From contig CAMEJD010000005.1 of NCBI GenBank assembly GCA_945919375.1, positions 19,304 to 83,303 on the forward strand: a DNA stretch of 64,000 bases. The letters run 5' to 3'. The notes below the pieces were generated by a model. It searched no databases and was not told the origin of the DNA. It saw nothing but the letters and a program-made list of their open reading frames with translations. Shown here one piece after another: positions 59,701 to 64,000 of the stretch. The stretch's first letter is position 1. Every line of letters begins with the position of its first letter. Made by a program: the position numbers and the translations under genes. Source of the DNA: an uncultured Clostridia bacterium. Its GTDB lineage: Bacteria > Bacillota > Clostridia > Christensenellales > UBA1242.

Positions 59701-61244
59701 CAATTGATGGAATAACTTACTATGCTCAAAAAACAGGAAACAAATATTCATATCAAGACGGGAACACAACTTATGAAATAACAAATCACTACATTATAAA
59801 TACAAAAGATTACGATATAATCTACAACACAGAACAAGGTTATATTGAAGATGGTGAACCAACTCTTTATGTAACAAACAACATTGAAACATATATTCAC
59901 ACAATCAAATCAAATAATGAATCAAGCAAACTTGAAAGAAAGATTGCAGTAAGCATTATTCCACGATCTAGTGATATATTAAGGAACTTCTCATATTACG
60001 AAAATGAAGGGACTCCTGCACAACTTACAGGAACTGAAAAGAGATTTGTTGTAACAAAAGAAGAAAATAATATTTCCGGAAAAAGAATTTCTTGGCAATC
60101 ATATTATGGAATTGCTGAAAACCTGGTTAATGTTGAAATAACATATGGCGATAGTCAAACTCCATACACTCCTACCCTTACAACCGAAAACGATATAACA
60201 AGTTTGGTTTTGTCAAATTCTGGAATATATCAATTGGTATTCAAAGATATGGCAGGAAATGTACATTTGTTTGAAACAAAAGCATTCTACACAATCAACT
60301 ACCTAAAAACAGTTATTTTTACAATAAATGACCAATCTCCGATAAATAATGCAGTATATAATGAAAATGTTGTTATAAAGATACCTTCATACACAACAAG
60401 ATATTATGACCAAACTGCTCAACCAAGATTACACGCATTAAAAAACGGTGAAGAATATTCTCCAGAAAAAGACATATACGAAAAAACATTCATTTTCGCC
60501 GACCCAGGCTTATACAAGATTTGGTTCTCTGCCGGAGTTACAGACTCAGGAAAGACAATGGAGATTAACGAACAACCAATATACTTCTTAATCATCAATA
60601 AGAATGAATCAAGATATGCCTTTGACTATAGCGAATATGGAAATTACTATGTTAAACAAATTCTTAAAAACGATGTTGATGTAACAGAAAAATTAACAAA
60701 TGAAAATATGGGTACAGTTATTTACAAAAACAACAAAGCATACTTAAAGAACTTTAACTTCTCTGTTGTTGATGCTCTTACCGGAAAGGGTAAATACACA
60801 GTTACAATCGCAACAGGTAATGAATTTAATCAAGAATTTACATTCAGTTTCTGGTTGAACAATAAAACCCCTTCAATCCAAGTTTCAATTGGCGAAAATG
60901 AAGAAACAACCGACACAATCAAAGTATTATTCAACACCGCAAACCTTATTGAAGACGTTGGCGATTGCGTGCTAAAAATTACAGGACAAAAAGACCTTAA
61001 ACTTAATAGTGCAGCACTTGCAGATAATAAAATAAAGAGTACATACGAAATTGAATTAACCACAAAAGGTACATACTTTATTCAATTATATAGCGAAAGT
61101 GGAAAACTTTTATACTCATACAGAGTTGTTAAAAATGAACCACTTAATGCAGTATCAATCATTGTAATTGTTGTTGCTTGCATTGTTGTTGTTGGATTAA
61201 CTCTTACATTTGTTCTATTAAGAAAGAAAATGAAGATAAGATAA
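53787..61244 (+). CDS. Giant (2485 aa) beta-rich surface protein with a Sec signal peptide and a C-terminal TM anchor.
   Basis: N-terminus is MKIINKKYLTFIFLAITLCFCSIFCLNFSGSVYAED. C-terminus is ..AVSIIVIVVACIVVVGLTLTFVLLRKKMKIR (TM plus basic tail, no LPXTG). Recurrent Ig-domain-boundary-like D(K/T)(T/K)(P/A)P motifs occur (VIDKTPSI, IDTKAPDK, NNKTPSI). It has no GLUG motifs. Confidence 0.9.
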   Translation: MKIINKKYLTFIFLAITLCFCSIFCLNFSGSVYAEDFSDVFTVKQHTSLTDPGTTIQDGAVAYITPSDSITAVMESTSTKEIDFINPYITYNGQSINSDVISKYSIDYSHDGMKKLTLTLTFNDADKTAPYGKYDIRINYIVSENGISSNKTLTYVFYALKNSDYYSGTTVNAIYDNCHKVDKSLVMPYDNIYQFNYDSKVLPRLAVNFKNINLTITKTFQKNTSTQRIWFDGTNIQTDNNIVYFYTSEENDFLYVTFNDLGTYTISYNFIYTYNNTVENIEKSAQNTNTKYVDLLEMFGYQLYYSDIETSLLKEFKNIDSNGAILEEVTDISYLFSKFNASLNNTQDNTIQNILTKLNNNEIAIQETNQSPVQFKYNVEIFNKDNSNVVDTQSAYYMLELDKETNTYSIINDSRVEYDNSPLTKAGIYLVNVVYKYTPTIIGADEACAPSDISNDSTEKLRSQWFVFEITKSTTKISIETNENENKQALNDGSFTNKDVLIKKDEQSKSIFNAKTKLVVSIQENFAGDYVDTEITSSEGQVFSSNGNYIVTMYFGKNLNRSYSSTFTIDKEEIDNIQIFSVDLQGNNTTYTRNKQIEFMTNQSVVVSWNNKASGSVISAQYKYFPITLDSSYSFSDDICKKYYNKDYSILSNYEINLEDSEYTPVEYSNSQVYTQSIPSSAVLSQNGLYVFKLLDSAGNEKYFAFVIDKTPSIILQQINGTFVDPTELNIVSSDVDIMFGQYKVIKLKNLKQSVPFENNDSWLDKILNTTEIYNSHFKLLQINTFDDVYISIKNNAKVLMCEQESTKFIDNNILNKFSIHIPFEDGKDITFYTQDELCNNGYFTEEEYLKSHSNIFRVKLSSDASQTNLIYKAKDQKNTTLYLSSFNHIDNETSTKNQYYIPTTANTLASSNEILTLEFLPVPESGVLEVESVEYEFTPFSPSKKIDEQNSLNYTYSYVFDNANTVSGIVYSKLDPTKTLAKQNGDKYSWEINLEYNNITGSKQTKSGKYVITRRYAQTSQLNDKLAEKQDYVTRTFTFIIDRNGIITNPVVTDSSSQNMYSYVGEAIKIQVLENENDKMFFNDIYLAKIANDKNSPILQTNKLPVFVYIPVYTYGYAYTNGGTFNLEDSILYYDTNDKLNSLISSYALSAEIKYSYEQSSLEQSTEIYKGYNDNSDGYLKFNGISSTSGRAFTKVGYYKVTIKQGLPQYGQNEFSYIFSIESGSPDFKVTSMDGTELSKDSLENYYTNNENIKLEWEDPVNKFRAKINKNEIYYSINGSTQIKVNSNQINTSENINTVNINLNDIGAYKDGNTIQFFMQFEGDQKDYQEGSFKKTSTLIIDTKAPDKNLNNLISLSGIDSSLLRTVETKYNTSTVSGLYKYYAFPVDKSQLENVFDFTSYDNGDTYGIYYRVFENNNGENTKYNNIYTQETLPSDFENSKIGFTSINDIDNDLLTNDSLINKYIEIVEVDLAGNITIYTIYLTNLTASSNVTAITYTQNNRDEKQNISYNDLSSNITINAKSAFALDSVNIANFAWSNIKIGDQTFLKTPYSNNVYYDLAKYNPIDISASEITLKKLSTLSASNQKQSITLGFVPLYDTITLTVSVLNTSLNVFHTSETNTYASQEGVLIKIPSTSSVQDATIYAIEVRILEYIREDNTYKQNQLYEKRDETYFASAGQTLVSPAGITTTYVNYLGNTYMKIIASEPKANIFYKYIILDNFGDTTEFTNIYGNEKVDKELNSSVDLVERYEDGVKYYYSTKDIVFKYNSAKDRIILNVGASYDTRSFDLSVEGKIAEFNNSGYGQIILPQKGSNSNIYTIILKAPSKDLANSVFGSEIKFTIKKFIAVEEISQGRSYDTLNLIIYNKVPEFTLLGTSNQNLNELFNKGSMYGNAIKITFKQTNAKILCDVFLLHSDDSLEAISSGKIVSDPNTYKLVVKYTNIFTNQIYDEYFEFTISNNDFEYYKVVYTIDGITYYAQKTGNKYSYQDGNTTYEITNHYIINTKDYDIIYNTEQGYIEDGEPTLYVTNNIETYIHTIKSNNESSKLERKIAVSIIPRSSDILRNFSYYENEGTPAQLTGTEKRFVVTKEENNISGKRISWQSYYGIAENLVNVEITYGDSQTPYTPTLTTENDITSLVLSNSGIYQLVFKDMAGNVHLFETKAFYTINYLKTVIFTINDQSPINNAVYNENVVIKIPSYTTRYYDQTAQPRLHALKNGEEYSPEKDIYEKTFIFADPGLYKIWFSAGVTDSGKTMEINEQPIYFLIINKNESRYAFDYSEYGNYYVKQILKNDVDVTEKLTNENMGTVIYKNNKAYLKNFNFSVVDALTGKGKYTVTIATGNEFNQEFTFSFWLNNKTPSIQVSIGENEETTDTIKVLFNTANLIEDVGDCVLKITGQKDLKLNSAALADNKIKSTYEIELTTKGTYFIQLYSESGKLLYSYRVVKNEPLNAVSIIVIVVACIVVVGLTLTFVLLRKKMKIR

Positions 61245-61250
61245 CAAGCA

Positions 61251-61282
61251 AAAAAAGATGTTCAATTGAACATCTTTTTTTT
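61251..61282. terminator. Bidirectional intrinsic terminator between the giant gene and trxB, at the right edge of the T4SS-like block.
   Basis: Perfect palindrome AAGATGTTCAATTGAACATCTT is flanked by A6 and T8. Confidence 0.7.
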
Positions 61283-61291
61283 GTCTTAATG

Positions 61292-62209
61292 TTATTTGTT
61301 TTGAGCCAAATATTTTACAATAGAACTTGCACCAATTGCACCATCACTGCAAGCAGTTACAATTTGTTTTAACACACCATTTGACACATCCCCACCTGCA
61401 AAAACTCCATGTATATTGGTTTGTTTTTGGTTATCAACTTTTATATATCCTTTTTCATCAAGTGCAATGCCTGACATAAAACCTGTATCAGGTTTTCTTC
61501 CAATAGCAATAAATAATGCAGAAACATCAATAGCAGATGTTGTGTCTGTGATTTTGTTACGAACAACAATACTTTCCAATTTTTCTTCGCCACAAAGACC
61601 AACAACTTCACTGTTTAGAATAAATTTAACAATGCCTGCCTTTTCCAAATCTCTTACCTTTTGAACTGATATTTCATCGGCGGTAAAAACATCTCGTCTG
61701 TGAATTAGATACACAGTTTTTGCTATATTGCTTAAATATATACAATCTTCAATGGAAACATTACCCCCACCAACAATAGCAACATCTTTGCCTTTGAATA
61801 GTGCACCATCACATGTTGCACAATAACTGATACCTTTATTGATAAACTTTTTTTCATTTTCAACTTGAAGTGGTTTTACATATGCACCTGTGGACACATA
61901 TACAGTTTTTGCTGTGTATTCGCCTTTATTGGTTTTTACAATTTTTTCATTGCCTGATAAATCACAAGAGATAACTTCTTCAAATTTTATTTCCGTTCCA
62001 AGTTCCTTTATTTGTTCAAACATACTTGTTGCAAGTGTAACACCATCAACATTTTTAAATGCTGGATAGTTTTCAATGCTTTTAGTTAAAACAACTTGTC
62101 CACCGGGCATTGATTTTTCAAGTACTAACACTTTTTTGCCTGCACGCTTTAGATATATTGCACAAGTCATTCCACTTGGACCACAACCAATAATAATACA
62201 ATCGTACAT
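61292..62209 (-). CDS. trxB: Thioredoxin-disulfide reductase.
   Basis: 305 aa with IIGCGPSGMTCA (FAD), CATCDG redox centre, VAIVGGGN (NADPH) and GVFAGGD. Confidence 0.95.
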   Translation of the reverse strand: MYDCIIIGCGPSGMTCAIYLKRAGKKVLVLEKSMPGGQVVLTKSIENYPAFKNVDGVTLATSMFEQIKELGTEIKFEEVISCDLSGNEKIVKTNKGEYTAKTVYVSTGAYVKPLQVENEKKFINKGISYCATCDGALFKGKDVAIVGGGNVSIEDCIYLSNIAKTVYLIHRRDVFTADEISVQKVRDLEKAGIVKFILNSEVVGLCGEEKLESIVVRNKITDTTSAIDVSALFIAIGRKPDTGFMSGIALDEKGYIKVDNQKQTNIHGVFAGGDVSNGVLKQIVTACSDGAIGASSIVKYLAQNK

Positions 62210-62246
62210 ATTTTTTCCCCTTTTCTTTTAGTATATGTCAAAACAA

Positions 62247-62279
62247 GAAAAAAACAAACAACTTTTTATCATTGTTTGC
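62247..62279 (-). terminator. Weak AT-rich hairpin plus U7 after the ferritin-like gene.
   Basis: The reverse strand reads CAAACAA-n10-TTGTTTG followed by TTTTTTT. Confidence 0.3.
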
Positions 62280-62288
62280 TTTTATTCT

Positions 62289-62837
62289 TTAATTTAATGT
62301 GTTATACAACCCCTTTAGTTCTTCCAAATGATGTTTTTCTTGTTCCAATATATATGTTATCACTCGTTTTACTTGTTCGTTTGTTAAAACTTTTAACATA
62401 TTTGTATATTCTCTTATTGCTGTCTCTTCACCTTGAATTGAAATTTTTAACATCAAATTTGTGTCTGTGCAATAGTTGACATATCTTGATGAATAAAACA
62501 AATCTCTTTGTGGTGGAAATGTTGTGTAAATTGGAGCAACACCCAATCTAATCAAAGTTCTCCCAAGCAAATTAAAATGTTCCATTTCTTCTTTTGCTAT
62601 ATGTCTTAATGTTCCAGAAATGTTATTCTGCCCCAAACTTTCAAATACAGTTGCTTGATAAAGATATTCAAGTATTGCGTTAAGTTCACCACATCTCCCA
62701 GCATATGCGGGAGAAATTATACGAGCAGACCTTAGGTCTTGAGTTATGCTTTCTAAATCGTATGTATTATCATTTGTAAGATTTGGCTTATTTTCGCCAA
62801 GTTTATCATCATTAACATCATTTTCACTTTCACCCAT
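62289..62837 (-). CDS. Ferritin-like di-metal carboxylate protein (CotJC / manganese-catalase-like).
   Basis: Paired ExxH motifs (KEEMEHF, EQEKHHL) are present. ..CGELNAILEYLYQ.. aligns by eye with CotJC ..DGELAAALRYLNQ.. Confidence 0.55.
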   Translation of the reverse strand: MGESENDVNDDKLGENKPNLTNDNTYDLESITQDLRSARIISPAYAGRCGELNAILEYLYQATVFESLGQNNISGTLRHIAKEEMEHFNLLGRTLIRLGVAPIYTTFPPQRDLFYSSRYVNYCTDTNLMLKISIQGEETAIREYTNMLKVLTNEQVKRVITYILEQEKHHLEELKGLYNTLN

Positions 62838-62944
62838 AAAAAACTCCCTATACTATATATGTATAGAGAGCTTGGTGTGTTAATTTTTATCTTTATCCTT
62901 GTATTCTTGCAATTTGTCCAATAATTGAGTAATTTGTTTATCGG

Positions 62945-63283
62945 TTAAAATACTTTCTTGCCACTTGAATTGCCACCATCTTTACCATGTTGCAAAGAAT
63001 TTTCTAAAGATTTATTTTCTATATCGTACAATTTATTTCTTATTGTTTTCAAATCGTAACTTAACATTGCAACAAAATCTATATAGGTGTACCCAAGTAT
63101 TGGAACAAACAATGCTACAATCAAATACACAACACCATTTATTATTGTATTATCTTGCCCATACATTCCGCCAACAACAATATTAAATATGGCAAGTGCC
63201 CCCAATAAAAATGCAAGTATACTGACAGCAGATTTGAAAACATTAACAAACTTAAATAATTTTTCATCGCTATTCTTAAACAT
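62945..63283 (-). CDS. Small membrane protein (2 TM), hypothetical.
   Basis: 112 aa. The helices are AVSILAFLLGALAIFNIVVGG and VVYLIVALFVPILGYTYIDFV. AAGGAGAA is the RBS. Confidence 0.6.
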   Translation of the reverse strand: MFKNSDEKLFKFVNVFKSAVSILAFLLGALAIFNIVVGGMYGQDNTIINGVVYLIVALFVPILGYTYIDFVAMLSYDLKTIRNKLYDIENKSLENSLQHGKDGGNSSGKKVF

Positions 63284-63299
63284 AATTTTTCTCCTTTAT

Positions 63300-63315
63300 T
63301 ATCTCTATAGAGATA
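63300..63315. promoter_or_regulatory. Perfect 16-bp palindrome TATCTCTATAGAGATA in the divergent XRE / membrane-protein control region, a candidate operator.
   Basis: Read directly from the sequence. It lies 4 nt upstream of the membrane-protein SD and 42 nt upstream of the XRE ATG. Confidence 0.4.
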
Positions 63316-63356
63316 TATACGCATATTATATCTCCAAAGGGATATAATGTCAAGTA

Positions 63357-63566
63357 ATGGAAATAAAAATATCTCAAAGAATTTATGAACTTATGAAAGA
63401 ACAGAACTTAACACAAACAAAACTGGCAAATGCTCTTGGTATGCACCAAAGTAATGTCAGTGAATGGTTAAGTGGGAAAAAAGAACCAAGTATCACAAGT
63501 TTGTGGCTTCTTGCCGATTTCTTTAATGTTGATGTTGACTATCTTATTGGTAGAAAAGATTATTAA
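63357..63566 (+). CDS. XRE-family helix-turn-helix transcriptional regulator.
   Basis: 69 aa with ..LTQTKLANALGMHQSNVSEWLSGKKEPS.., a typical HTH_3 pattern. Confidence 0.85.
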   Translation: MEIKISQRIYELMKEQNLTQTKLANALGMHQSNVSEWLSGKKEPSITSLWLLADFFNVDVDYLIGRKDY

Positions 63567-63597
63567 AAAACTCAAAGTATCATACTTTGAGTTTTTT
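63564..63597 (+). terminator. Intrinsic terminator after the XRE gene.
   Basis: AAAAAACTCAAAGTAT-c-ATACTTTGAGTTTTTT. Confidence 0.6.
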
Positions 63598-63724
63598 ATT
63601 TTAGAAAATACATTAGTTTTTATTTGATATATAGTTATTAAGCAGATTTTTAAACTCACCTTTTTCTATGCTCCTTGTAATGACTGCAAATGTTTTGTAT
63701 TTAAAAACAAAATGCCTGAAAAAT

Positions 63725-63764
63725 AAAAACGCAAAATTAAACGACATATTCAAGGCTCGCATAA
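63725..63764. repeat. Direct repeat, copy 1 (40 nt).
   Basis: aaaaacgcaaaattaaacgacatattcaaggctcgcataa. It matches copy 2 at 37/40 positions, and the last 23 nt are identical. Confidence 0.7.
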
Positions 63765-63960
63765 TAAATGCCGGCAGGAGTTTGGTTACCCAAATGACTG
63801 TGTACAAATTGCCAAGCGAAAACAAAGAAAATTATTTAATAAAAAACATAAAACTAATCGCAAGAACAAGGTTTACTTTTTAAGGTTATAATTTCCCCCA
63901 AAGTTGGGCTTTGATGTCGACAGTCGAAATAACTATATACATGTAAGTGTTTGTCAAACA

Positions 63961-64000
63961 AAAAACACAAAATTAGGCGACATATTCAAGGCTCGCATAA
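63961..64000. repeat. Direct repeat, copy 2 (40 nt, ends at the window edge).
   Basis: aaaaacacaaaattaggcgacatattcaaggctcgcataa, 236 nt downstream of copy 1. Confidence 0.7.

Noticed and set aside
48335-61300. A shared 9-mer ATGTTATTT at both edges of the T4SS-like block (about 48338 and 61289), considered as possible att-type direct repeats.
   Set aside because: It is too short for an AT-rich genome. In both cases it is simply the complement of a gene 3' end plus stop codon. No integrase is present.
63613-63883. Mutually overlapping ORFs 63613-63825 (-) and 63668-63883 (+) after the XRE gene.
   Set aside because: They cannot both be real, neither has an RBS or a recognisable family, and the region is better described for now by the 40-nt direct repeats.
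1-64000. I looked for CRISPR arrays, tRNA or rRNA genes, transposases, integrases, toxin-antitoxin pairs and known defence genes.
   Set aside because: I noticed no regularly spaced short repeats, no GC-rich structured RNA-like islands, and no DDE, tyrosine or serine recombinase motifs. Small ncRNAs cannot be excluded without covariance-model scans.
1-64000. Alternative genetic code (TGA=Trp, as in Mollicutes), considered because of the extreme AT richness and T4SS genes resembling those of Mollicutes ICEs.
   Set aside because: The giant ORFs are uninterrupted under the standard code. I saw Trp encoded by TGG and stops as TAA at the gene ends I inspected. Sporulation genes are present.

Overview
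This is a visibly AT-rich chromosomal segment (roughly 30% GC by eye, not computed) from a sporulating Firmicute-type bacterium. Evidence for that assignment: spoIIID, a SpoIIQ-like M23 protein, a glmU-like/pth/mfd/prsA-like block, DnaD-domain dnaB-like plus dnaI, and trxB. The standard genetic code fits. I saw no rRNA, tRNA, CRISPR array, transposase or integrase.

Three giant surface-protein genes occupy about 55% of the window (about 35.2 of 64 kb).
- (a) A 6608-aa lipoprotein at 7970-27796 (-).
- (b) Directly downstream, a second giant lipoprotein ORF at 1-7936 (-). It runs off the window edge (at least 2645 codons) and is absent from the supplied ORF track.
- (c) A 2485-aa protein at 53787-61244 (+) with a signal peptide and a C-terminal membrane anchor.

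Proteins (a) and (b) are built from many GLUG-type repeats (GG[LIV][VA]G). Protein (a) also has one isolated cluster of hydrophobic helices about 4700 residues in. Protein (c) lies in a 12.9 kb terminator-bounded block with an unmistakable VirD4/TraG-type coupling ATPase. Divergent from that ATPase are a small two-helix pilin-like protein and a 770-aa polytopic membrane protein (VirB2-/VirB6-like by topology and order). No VirB4, relaxase or integrase is visible.

The two best candidates for something undescribed are the giant tandem lipoprotein operon just downstream of spoIIID and this orphan, stripped-down T4SS-like module next to a giant surface protein. All functional calls come from motifs read by eye and recalled family knowledge. 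No database search was run.
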